From a bacterium (GTDB lineage: Bacteria; Sysuimicrobiota; Sysuimicrobiia; Sysuimicrobiales; Sysuimicrobiaceae), in NCBI GenBank assembly GCA_041640435.1, contig JBEQAH010000002.1, forward strand, positions 1 to 34,743: a stretch of DNA of 34,743 nt. The letters run 5' to 3'. The translations under genes and the position numbers were made by a program. Shown one piece after another: positions 19,189 to 26,667 of this stretch. Each line of letters starts with the position of its first letter. Positions within the stretch are counted from its first letter, which is position 1. The notes under the pieces were generated by a model that saw only the letters and a program-made list of their open reading frames with translations, was not told where the DNA came from and did no database searches.

Positions 19189-20491
19189 CGTTGGTGCCGG
19201 TGGGCCCTGTCCGCACCAGGTCGTCCAAGGAGTCGAAGAAGGCGTAGGAGTCGTTCTCGTCGAGAAGCCGGCGCGGGTCTAAGCCGAGATGCCGAGCCCG
19301 CTTCACCGTGAAGCCGTCTGCTAGGGCACCCGCGGCGTCCGTGGGGCCGTCCCGCCCGTCGGTGGCGAAAGCGGCCACGAGGAGCCCGGGCAGCCCTTCG
19401 ATCCCGAGCGCAGCGGCAAGGGCCAGTTCCTGGTTGCGGCCCCCGCGTCCCTGGCCCCGCACGGTGACCGTGGTCTCCCCGCCGAGCACGAGACACGCGG
19501 GCTTCGGCACGGGGCGGCTTCGCTGCGCCTCCTCGCGTGCCAGGCCCGCTACCACACGGCCCACCTCCCGCGCCTCGCCCTCGAGGGACGTAGTCAGGAC
19601 GGCGACTCGATAGCCGAGGCGGCCTGCCTCCTGCGCCGCGGCTTCCACGGCCTGCGCCAAGCCCGCCACCACGTGTACCGCCACCCGTTGGAACACGGGA
19701 TCCCCGGGTTTCGGTGTCTCCGGCAGCTCACCCGCTGCTCCGCGCTGAAGGTGGTCGCGCACCCGCGCGGGCACTCGCTCCAAGAGCTCATACCGCTTCA
19801 GGACGCCAAGGGCGTCCACGTACGTGGTCGGGTCGGGGCTGAGCGGCCCGGAGGCGATGGCGTCCAGACGGTCACCCACCACGTCGCTCACCACGAGCGC
19901 CACGACCCGTGCGGGGTGAGCCGCCTGGGCGAGCCGGCCGCCCTTGAGCCCCGACAGGTGCTTGCGGACGATGTTGATCTCGACGATGGTGGCACCGCTG
20001 CGGAGCAGGAGGTCGGTTGTCAGGACCTTGTCCTGCAGGGTCAAACCCTCGGCGGGCAGGGGGAGGAGGGCAGAGCCGCCTCCCGAGATCAAGCACACCA
20101 CGAGATCCCGCTCCCCCGCACCCCGCAGTAGATTGACCACCCGGCGTGCCGCCGCCTCCCCGTCGGACCCTGGAAGGGGGTGCGAAGCCTCTACTACTTC
20201 CAGCTGCGCCAGGCGCTCCCCAGTCCCATGGGGCGTGACCACAAGGCCACCCGAGATCCGGTCGCCCAAGCGCCTCTCGACCGCCCGGGCCATAGCTACG
20301 GAAGCCTTCCCGTACGCTACGACCCAGATCCGGTCCACTTCACGCCAGGGTAGCTCTTGCGCGCCCACCCGCAACCCGTAATGGCCCACCGACAGGTGGC
20401 GAAGCACTGCCTCCTCTGGGTCCACGGCCCGCAGCGCAGCCCGAAAGATCGTCAGGGCCTCCTGCCGCAGCTCCGACGCCTCCGCGTCCAC
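19157..20491 (-). CDS. glycerate 2-kinase / hydroxypyruvate reductase-like protein (DUF4147 + MOFRL, TtuD/GckA family)
   Basis: Translation VAYGKASVAMARA, LISGGGSALL, GGETTVTV.G.GRGGRNQELAL and a C-terminal TGPTGTNVNDL. GTG start at 20491. Confidence 0.85.
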   Translation of the reverse strand: MDAEASELRQEALTIFRAALRAVDPEEAVLRHLSVGHYGLRVGAQELPWREVDRIWVVAYGKASVAMARAVERRLGDRISGGLVVTPHGTGERLAQLEVVEASHPLPGSDGEAAARRVVNLLRGAGERDLVVCLISGGGSALLPLPAEGLTLQDKVLTTDLLLRSGATIVEINIVRKHLSGLKGGRLAQAAHPARVVALVVSDVVGDRLDAIASGPLSPDPTTYVDALGVLKRYELLERVPARVRDHLQRGAAGELPETPKPGDPVFQRVAVHVVAGLAQAVEAAAQEAGRLGYRVAVLTTSLEGEAREVGRVVAGLAREEAQRSRPVPKPACLVLGGETTVTVRGQGRGGRNQELALAAALGIEGLPGLLVAAFATDGRDGPTDAAGALADGFTVKRARHLGLDPRRLLDENDSYAFFDSLDDLVRTGPTGTNVNDLVLVLAR

Positions 20492-20583
20492 CTGCTCCTA
20501 AACCCCCGCCACCTCGTACGAGGGCAACCCACCGGGTTGTCCTCGAGGAGGCCTTTCCCTAGGGCTCCCGTGGACCCCAGCAC

Positions 20584-21804
20584 CTAGCCGCGATCCCACG
20601 CAGCCACCAACCTCGGTTTCTCATCCTCGAAAGCCTCTGCTTGCCGCTCCACCAGGCTCTCGGCCTGTCGGCTGTCGAGCGGTTCGGCCTGCTGCACGAA
20701 GGCCGCGACCCTCCCGAAGTACAGGGGAACGAGCGCAGCGAGCACCGCGTCCGGGTCCATGTCCTCCCGGTGGAAGGCAACGGCGAAGTCGTACACGGCG
20801 CGCGCCCACACCCCCTCGGTGAGCTCTGCGGCGGGGCCGTCCTCCCGCGCACGCACTACGCGTTCGTACACGTCCAAGCCCAGAACCTTCTGCCACGTGG
20901 CTGCGTGCACTTCAAACCCTTCTCGGAACCTCCGCAGCAGGGAGGGTATCGTGACGTGCACAGGTTCGGGCTCGCCTTCCACTGGATCTCCCACTGCGCG
21001 TGCCGGCTGGCTTCCGCGGACTTGTCGCCACCGCGATGGGTACACCGCCAGCAGCGAGAACAGCGTGCCCACCACCTGCTGGAACATGGGCCCTAAGTGC
21101 GCCGCGGGGTCCTTGGCGTCGTGCACCTTCGGCCCCAGGCGCGCCTGAACCACCCGCAGCCCCTCGCAGATCACGGTGGTGGTCATCCAGATGTCAATCC
21201 CAAACCGCGCCACGTCGCTCTCCCACACGGGTTTGGGGAGCAAGCGGGCCACCGCGGCCGCCGACACCCCGAAATCACCCCCGATGGGCTGGCGCACCCG
21301 CAATCCGTACAGCGCCCGCGTCATGGGGTACGCCAGGGTGTTGGTGATGGTCCCGTCGTACTTGTGCCGCAAGTACAGCGGCGCCACGTAGTCCGCCTCC
21401 CCCGCCAGCACGGGCCCCGCCAGCCGCTCCACCCACCAAGGTTCTACGGAGCGCAGGTCGGCGTCCAAGGTCACACACACCCGGGCACCCACGATCTGCG
21501 CGGCCTCCAACACCGCCCGCACCGCGCTGCCCTTTCCGGGGATCCCCTGGTACCGCGTGCACACCACCGTCACCGCGCCCGGCACCGCTGCGCTGGCCGC
21601 GGCTTGCGGAGTCCCGTCCGTGGATCCACCGTCCGCGTTCACCAACACCGCCCGCGCGCCGGGGAACCGGCGTGCTCCCTCCGCGGCCTGCTGGACCACG
21701 TACCCGATGGTCCCCGCATTCTGGTAGCTGGGAATGCCCACCACCAGGTCCGCACCCCGCAGGGCCCGCAGCTCCCGGCGCGCCTCGGCAGGGAGCGCGC
21801 TCAA
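20584..21804 (-). CDS. GT-A fold glycosyltransferase of about 406 aa, with GpgS/MGS-like motif pattern (specificity unknown)
   Basis: Translation VVGIPSYQNAGTIGYVV, DGGSTDGT, a DxD motif in TLDADLRSVEPWWV, then RQPIGGDFG and FGIDIWM. The order and spacing resemble the nucleotide-sugar:(phospho)glycerate glycosyltransferases (GT78/GT81-like) as I remember them. My preferred start is the TTG at 21804, which overlaps the upstream stop as TTGA; the ORF-track start is 21822. Confidence 0.65.
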   Translation of the reverse strand: MSALPAEARRELRALRGADLVVGIPSYQNAGTIGYVVQQAAEGARRFPGARAVLVNADGGSTDGTPQAAASAAVPGAVTVVCTRYQGIPGKGSAVRAVLEAAQIVGARVCVTLDADLRSVEPWWVERLAGPVLAGEADYVAPLYLRHKYDGTITNTLAYPMTRALYGLRVRQPIGGDFGVSAAAVARLLPKPVWESDVARFGIDIWMTTTVICEGLRVVQARLGPKVHDAKDPAAHLGPMFQQVVGTLFSLLAVYPSRWRQVRGSQPARAVGDPVEGEPEPVHVTIPSLLRRFREGFEVHAATWQKVLGLDVYERVVRAREDGPAAELTEGVWARAVYDFAVAFHREDMDPDAVLAALVPLYFGRVAAFVQQAEPLDSRQAESLVERQAEAFEDEKPRLVAAWDRG

Positions 21805-22592
21805 CGCCTTCCCACCTCCCAAGGCAGGGGAACCCGCGCGCCCTGGTTTGGCCGGACCACCTGCACTCCGGCCGCGATGCCGCGTCGGGTCAACGCCTCG
21901 GCCACCGTGTCCCGCGCCAGAGGAGCCAGGTTATTCACCTCGCTCACGTGCAGGAGGACGAACTGCTGCGGCCGCCCGGCGTGGAGCCGCACCGCCGCGG
22001 AGGCGGCGCCGTCGTTGCTCAGGTGGCCCGTGCGACTGAGGATCCGGTTCTTGACGAACCACGGGTAAGGGCTGACCCCGAGCAGGCGCAGGTCGTAGTT
22101 GGCCTCCAGCAGGATCACGTGGCTGCCTGCCCCGCGTTCCACCAGCGGCTCGCCCACGTCGCCGAGGTCGGTGGCAACCACCACGCGTACCCCGCACGCC
22201 TCGAGGACAAACGCCACGGGGTCCGCGGCATCGTGCCGCACGGGGACGGCCTCCACGGACCAGGGGCCGACCCGAAACGGCCGGAGGTTTCTAAACGGCT
22301 CACCCCGTGACGGTTCGACGCCACACGCGCGGAGCGTGGCCTCGTTGGCCAGCACGGGGACCCCGAGGGCCCGCGACAGGGCTGCTGCGCCCCGGGCGTG
22401 GTCGTCGTGCTCATGGGTGAGGAGCACCGCGCGCAGCGCGGCCGCGCTGTGGCCTAGCTCCTGCGCCCGGCGCAACAGAGCCTCGGACGAGAGCCCCGCG
22501 TCCACCAGCAGCGCCTCCCCCGAGGCTTCCAGCCACACCGCGTTGCCGCCGCTGCCCGAGGCGAGCACCGAAATCCGCACCGGCACGCTCAC
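21801..22592 (-). CDS. MBL-fold metallo-hydrolase (YycJ/WalJ-like size class)
   Basis: Translation ISVLASGSGGNAVWLE, LLTHEHDDHARG (HxHxDH) and a later HLSN. The GTG start at 22592 has no SD. Confidence 0.8.
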   Translation of the reverse strand: MSVPVRISVLASGSGGNAVWLEASGEALLVDAGLSSEALLRRAQELGHSAAALRAVLLTHEHDDHARGAAALSRALGVPVLANEATLRACGVEPSRGEPFRNLRPFRVGPWSVEAVPVRHDAADPVAFVLEACGVRVVVATDLGDVGEPLVERGAGSHVILLEANYDLRLLGVSPYPWFVKNRILSRTGHLSNDGAASAAVRLHAGRPQQFVLLHVSEVNNLAPLARDTVAEALTRRGIAAGVQVVRPNQGARVPLPWEVGRR

Positions 22593-22598
22593 CCTGTG

Positions 22599-22626
22599 AT
22601 TCTACCGCGGATGCGCCGGGTGCCAG
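22599..22626 (-). promoter_or_regulatory. candidate promoter producing a leaderless MBL-hydrolase transcript
   Basis: On the minus strand: CTGGCA (22626-22621), a 16-nt spacer, TAGAAT (22604-22599), then 6 nt, then the GTG start at 22592. There is no SD in between. Confidence 0.3.
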
Positions 22627-22682
22627 CTCCCGATGAGAGCAGCCGAAGCTGAGGGGCCCTTCCCCATCGACACGCAACACCC

Positions 22683-23915
22683 TCACTCCGGGGCGGGGTC
22701 ACTCACCCCGGCCAGCTCCCTTACGAGGGGGATGAGTCGTTCCCGGGTCAGCCGCTCCCACCCGAAGAGGTCCCGCACCCGGCGGCGTAGGCGGCTCGCC
22801 CGTTCCTCCCGAAGCGCCCGCAGCACCAGGTCCGCCACCGCTTCCGGAGTCTCCCCGGGTGCGACGAAGTGGGCATTCTCCCCCGCCACCTCCACAAGGG
22901 CCGGGATGCGGGTGCAGAACACGGGTACGCGGAGAAGCCCTGCCTCGGCCACCGGCAACCCGAACCCCTCCCACGTGCTGGTGATTAGCACGCCGTCGCA
23001 CGCTAAGTACAGCTGGCCCACGGTGCGAAGCGAGCAGCGTATCCCCCGTTCGGCCAAGAACACCACGTGTTCCTCCACCCCGAGGGATCGTCGGAGCGCC
23101 TGGAGCTCCGCCAGATAGCGGGTGTTGGTAGGGGTGTGGGCCCCCAGGGGTCCCGTGACCACCACGAGGGGCCGGCAGCCCCGCGCCCGCAAAGCTGCGC
23201 CCACCCGCACTGCCAGGTCCAGGTTCTTCCGCCGCGTGATGCGCACCGGGACGAGAAGCACCGGGTCGTAGGCGTCCCACGATAGCGCCTCTAACACGCG
23301 ACGGGCCTGGCTTCCGAGGATTTCCAGGGAGTCCAGCGACGTCCCCGGCGGGATCACGGTGACGTCGGACTCCGCCAGCCCCAGGTGCCGCGCCAGCGAA
23401 CCCCGTACCGCCTCCGTGATGGCCACGTAGGTGACCTCCGGGCGTGCGGTTCGCAGCAGGGCCCGGATCGGACCGTCCGGGATGGATGCCAGTTCTGTAG
23501 GGGTGTCCCACGCTACGTCATGGGTCCAGGCCACCCACCGGCACCCCAATCCGCGGTCCACCAGACGGTGGAGAGCCCACAGGAACGGCAGGTTTTTGGC
23601 CATGGTGAAGGCGTTGTGCACCACGCACACGCTGCCGGACAGAATCCCAGCGAGCTCGTCTGCAATGCGCTCCCCCAGCTCCTGCACCAGCGTTGAGTCT
23701 CCGCGCTTGAGGGCGGCGTGAGTGGCGCGGACCTCGGGATGCCGCCCGTACAGGAGGGGGATGAGGATGGTGCGCGGGCCGCGGCCCCGCCCGGCCACCA
23801 CCCAGGTGTCGTAGCCCGCCTTCCGGAGCAGGCGCGCTTGCGTGCCCACGACGGATTCCACGCCCCCGACTACGGGGGGCGCGGTGTAGTGCAGTAAGAA
23901 AATCCGTAGCGCCAT
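22683..23915 (-). CDS. GT4-family (GT-B fold) glycosyltransferase
   Basis: N-terminal VVGGVESVV and a C-terminal EX7E region, STWEGFGLPVAEAGLLRVPVF. ATG at 23915. Confidence 0.85.
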   Translation of the reverse strand: MALRIFLLHYTAPPVVGGVESVVGTQARLLRKAGYDTWVVAGRGRGPRTILIPLLYGRHPEVRATHAALKRGDSTLVQELGERIADELAGILSGSVCVVHNAFTMAKNLPFLWALHRLVDRGLGCRWVAWTHDVAWDTPTELASIPDGPIRALLRTARPEVTYVAITEAVRGSLARHLGLAESDVTVIPPGTSLDSLEILGSQARRVLEALSWDAYDPVLLVPVRITRRKNLDLAVRVGAALRARGCRPLVVVTGPLGAHTPTNTRYLAELQALRRSLGVEEHVVFLAERGIRCSLRTVGQLYLACDGVLITSTWEGFGLPVAEAGLLRVPVFCTRIPALVEVAGENAHFVAPGETPEAVADLVLRALREERASRLRRRVRDLFGWERLTRERLIPLVRELAGVSDPAPE

Positions 23916-23977
23916 CGCCCCACTGATCCTTTCCCGCTACTCAAGCGGGATCCCTGGCGACCGCGGGAGGTCTTTCT

Positions 23978-24401
23978 TTGGCTGACTTCGTGTGGATGGT
24001 CCTCGCGGCCTGCGCCGCGGGCGCGGTCAACAGCGTCGCCGGGGTCAGGACGCCCATCTCGTGCCGCATCCTGGCGGCAGCGGTGGGGTGCCACGGCCCT
24101 GCAGTTCATTGTCGGGTCTCTTAGTCGGCTACTAGGGCGCCGCGCAACGGCCGCGTCACGCTCGCCGTGTGGGGGCTCGAGGACATCCAGACACATGGGC
24201 CGGGGCCAACGGCCTCGCGCCGGCGTAGTTCTTTGCATCGCAGGCTGTCCTCCGGCTGCAAGCCCCGTGGCTGGCAGTCCGCGCCGTGGGGGGGCTGCGC
24301 CGCCACTCTCGTGGCCCGGGCCGCGGTTCAAGGCGGCGGCGCAGCGGTTCCCCGTGGCCGTGGCGGTCGTGGCCGCCTCGATCCTGCTGCTGCGACGCTG
24401 A
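23978..24401 (+). pseudogene. possible degraded TSUP (TauE/SafE) membrane-transporter remnant
   Basis: TTG 23978 follows GGGAGG. Its frame gives LADFVWMVLAACAAGAVNSVAGVRTPISCRILAAAVG, close to the TSUP N-terminal pattern G-x-AG-x-VN-x-VAGGGTLISFP-LLAAG. The pattern appears to continue in another frame (ALQFIVGSLSRLLGRR). A C-terminal-like piece (RFPVAVAVVAASILLLRR, stop at 24401) is in a third frame. The middle of the protein is missing. Confidence 0.3.
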
Positions 24402-24486
24402 GTTTCCGGCCACACCGCGTGCGAATCGGGTCACAGGGCCCCTCTGGCCTCCCCGGGGCCCGGGGTGCTAAGATATGGCCTAGCGG

Positions 24487-24561
24487 GCGGGTGTAGCTCA
24501 GGGGTAGAGCATCGGCTTCCCAAGCCGAGGGCCGCGGGTTCGAATCCCGTCGCCCGCTCCA
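24487..24561 (+). tRNA. tRNA-Gly (anticodon CCC), CCA encoded
   Basis: Manual cloverleaf. Acceptor stem GCGGGTG/CGCCCGC with one G-U pair. D arm GCTC-AGGGGTA-GAGC. Anticodon arm TCGGC-TTCCCAA-GCCGA. Variable loop GGGCC. T arm GCGGG-TTCGAAT-CCCGT. Discriminator T, then CCA. Confidence 0.9.
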
Positions 24562-25535
24562 GAAACGCGAGACCTCTGTGCCTGCAGCCGAGGAGAATTT
24601 TGCCCGTCATTCCTTCGGGTTGGCGTGCGGCTAGCCAACTTGTGGAGAGACGGGAGCTCGGACCATCCGCCCTCAGTGGCGCGGACCAAAGCCATCTTCT
24701 CCGCCGCCCCTTCGAAGAAGTAACCCGATCCCCCCTCCCCCACGATGCGCAGGAGTCTGGGCCCATCTAAGACCCGGATCCCGGCCAGCACGTGCACGCC
24801 GCGATCAAAGAACGGCACTGGCCATAGGGCTGTGGTGGGACCCGCCAGGACCACCCGGCGGGCGCCACGGGCGGCTGCCAGGAGGAGGTCTATCCCGCCC
24901 TCCACCAGGGCCGAGCCCGTGATGAGGACCACCGTTGCGGCGCGGAGCGTTTGCTCGGACTGGTCGGGCGCTCGCCAGAAGGGTTTCTCGTCGTCCCGCA
25001 GCGCCTCCGGGTGAGCATCGACCACCGTGAGATCTGCCACGCGACCTTTCAGGGCCCGCAGGAAAGGGGAGAAGGCTCCCACCATGGCGACGCGATCCTC
25101 CGGGCGAATCTCCGCCGCCTCCAGGGCGTCCAAACCGCAACGCAGGGAGCCGCCGGGCACCCCAAATCGATCCAAGGCTAGGGAGGACAGGGCGTTGAGA
25201 GTCGCTATCCCCACCGCCCGCCTCAAAGGTACCGGTGACATAGCGTACTCCACCAGGGCCCACACCGGCAGACCTGCGAGCTTGCCCGCCGGCGGGGCCA
25301 ATGCCGCCGATCGGGGGCAACACACCGTGTCTACCAGACCCCTCGGAGTGAAGGCCACACCCACGTGTCCGGTGGAGAGCTGCACCGCGGTGTAGAAGAC
25401 GCCGATTCGTACGTCGTGCGCACTGAGCTCCCGGTCCGGGATGCGAAACCGGAGATCTTCCCACCACGCCCGAACGAGCGGAACTTCGCGCTCCACGGAG
25501 TCCCTCCCTGATTCCCTCAACTTTGCGTTTACCAT
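24498..25535 (-). CDS. DUF4213/DUF364 (Rossmann-like, putative metal-chelation) domain protein with a 3' extension running antisense into tRNA-Gly
   Basis: Translation [47 protein letters not shown] and VVLAGPT. An alternative start is the GTG at 25496, which follows GGGAGGG by 5 nt. The last ~55 codons are not family-like, and the stop lies inside the tRNA gene. Confidence 0.7.
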   Translation of the reverse strand: MVNAKLRESGRDSVEREVPLVRAWWEDLRFRIPDRELSAHDVRIGVFYTAVQLSTGHVGVAFTPRGLVDTVCCPRSAALAPPAGKLAGLPVWALVEYAMSPVPLRRAVGIATLNALSSLALDRFGVPGGSLRCGLDALEAAEIRPEDRVAMVGAFSPFLRALKGRVADLTVVDAHPEALRDDEKPFWRAPDQSEQTLRAATVVLITGSALVEGGIDLLLAAARGARRVVLAGPTTALWPVPFFDRGVHVLAGIRVLDGPRLLRIVGEGGSGYFFEGAAEKMALVRATEGGWSELPSLHKLASRTPTRRNDGQNSPRLQAQRSRVSGAGDGIRTRGPRLGKPMLYP

Positions 25536-25644
25536 AAGGTTTTGGCGCGCTGCTCCGGAGGCGAGAGGGTCTCTGTGCGCTTCTTCTGGGGATGACTTGC
25601 GGTGTCAAGCGTCGGCCCAAGCATCACGACCGCGAACAGCAAGC

Positions 25645-25675
25645 CTTGCCCGGACTCCGTGGGTGCCGTATAGAA
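25645..25675 (+). promoter_or_regulatory. candidate sigma-70 promoter for the SDR-remnant / MaoC / FAD-oxidase genes
   Basis: TTGCCC (25645-25650), a 17-nt spacer, then TATAGA (25668-25673), overlapping TAGAAT (25670-25675). It lies about 55 nt upstream of the TTG start at 25729. Confidence 0.4.
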
Positions 25676-25728
25676 TCGAACCAGCTCCGGGCGCAACTCC
25701 CCAGCCCATACACACTCCGGAGGCAGGC

Positions 25729-26181
25729 TTGGGAAGGCTGGTTGGCAAGGTGGTGTGGATCACCGGGGCGGCGCACGGGATCGGGCTTGCCACCCTGCAG
25801 CGCTGCCTGCCCGAGAGCGCACGCGTGGTGGCCTCCGACGTGGACGGGGAGGCCCTGACACGTCACGTGCCCGCCGGGTCGGAGGTGGTCCGCCTTGGGG
25901 CGGACGTCACAGACCCGGCGAGCTGCCGCGAGGCTGTCCAACTAGCCCGACAGAGGTGGGGCCGCTTGGACGGGCTGGCCCACTACGCGGGCATCACCCG
26001 AGACAACTTTCACCGGCACCTCTCCGTGGAGGACTTCGAGACCGCACCTTTGGCGCGCGCAGGGCGACCCGAGGAGGTGGCGGCGGTCTGCGCGTTCCTG
26101 CTCTCCGACGAGGCCAGCTTCGTCACCGGTCAAGTGATCTTTGTGGACGGCGGGCGGTCCGTGGGAGCTGCCCCCGCATAA
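25729..26181 (+). CDS. internally deleted short-chain dehydrogenase/reductase (FabG-like), 150 aa, catalytic core missing (likely non-functional remnant)
   Basis: TTG 25729 follows GGAGG by 5 nt. The N-terminal half is intact ([42 protein letters not shown]). It is joined directly to the C-terminal end ([36 protein letters not shown]). The ~100 residues that carry Ser-Tyr-Lys in FabG are absent. Confidence 0.7.
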   Translation: MGRLVGKVVWITGAAHGIGLATLQRCLPESARVVASDVDGEALTRHVPAGSEVVRLGADVTDPASCREAVQLARQRWGRLDGLAHYAGITRDNFHRHLSVEDFETAPLARAGRPEEVAAVCAFLLSDEASFVTGQVIFVDGGRSVGAAPA

Positions 26182-26193
26182 GGAGGTGTCCCC

Positions 26194-26655
26194 GTGCCCC
26201 TGTTCTTCGAGGACCTGGCGGAGGGGGTGGCCTTCGAAACGGGCCGCCGCACGGTGACGGAGGCGGATGTGGTGAACTTCGCGGGTTTATCGGGCGACTT
26301 CAACCCGCTTCACGTGGACGCGCTCCACGCGGCCACCACTCCCTTCGGCCGACCGGTGGCGCACGGTCTGCTGGTACTTTCCATGGTCTCCGGCCTGCGG
26401 CAGCGCACCGGGATCTTCGACGGGAGCTTGGTGGCCTTCCTGGAGATCCGATCGTGGCGGTTCCTGCGGCCGGTGTTCCCGTGCGATACCCTCCGTGCCC
26501 GGGCAGAGGTCATCCAGCGCCGCGAGACGAAGGATCCGACCCGGGGCGTGGTGGTGCAGCGGGTGGAGGTGTTCAACCAGCACGACGAACCGGTGCAGGC
26601 GGGTGAGTTCGTGCTCCTGGTGCGTCGCAAGACTGCTGAGGCCACAGCGGGATAG
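26194..26655 (+). CDS. MaoC-like (R)-specific enoyl-CoA hydratase / hot-dog fold dehydratase
   Basis: GTG 26194 follows AAGGAGG. Translation VVNFAGLSGDFNPLHVDALHA...GRPVAHGLL is the hydratase-2 motif. Confidence 0.85.
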   Translation: MPLFFEDLAEGVAFETGRRTVTEADVVNFAGLSGDFNPLHVDALHAATTPFGRPVAHGLLVLSMVSGLRQRTGIFDGSLVAFLEIRSWRFLRPVFPCDTLRARAEVIQRRETKDPTRGVVVQRVEVFNQHDEPVQAGEFVLLVRRKTAEATAG

Positions 26656-26667
26656 GAGGAGCGCGGC

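Noticed and set aside
23870-24496. ORF-track entries in the GT4 to tRNA gap: 23870..24415 (-), 24156..24434 (-), 24167..24496 (+) and 24286..24471 (+).
   Set aside because: They overlap each other in several frames, are Arg/Pro/Gly-rich, and have no SD or domain signature. The region is better explained as non-coding or a decayed gene remnant.
24487-24700. tRNA-Gly as the attachment site of an integrated mobile element.
   Set aside because: I saw no integrase, excisionase or phage/plasmid gene on either side. I could not find a second copy of the tRNA 3' end (TTCGAATCC...) elsewhere in the window. Only the local gene decay is suggestive.
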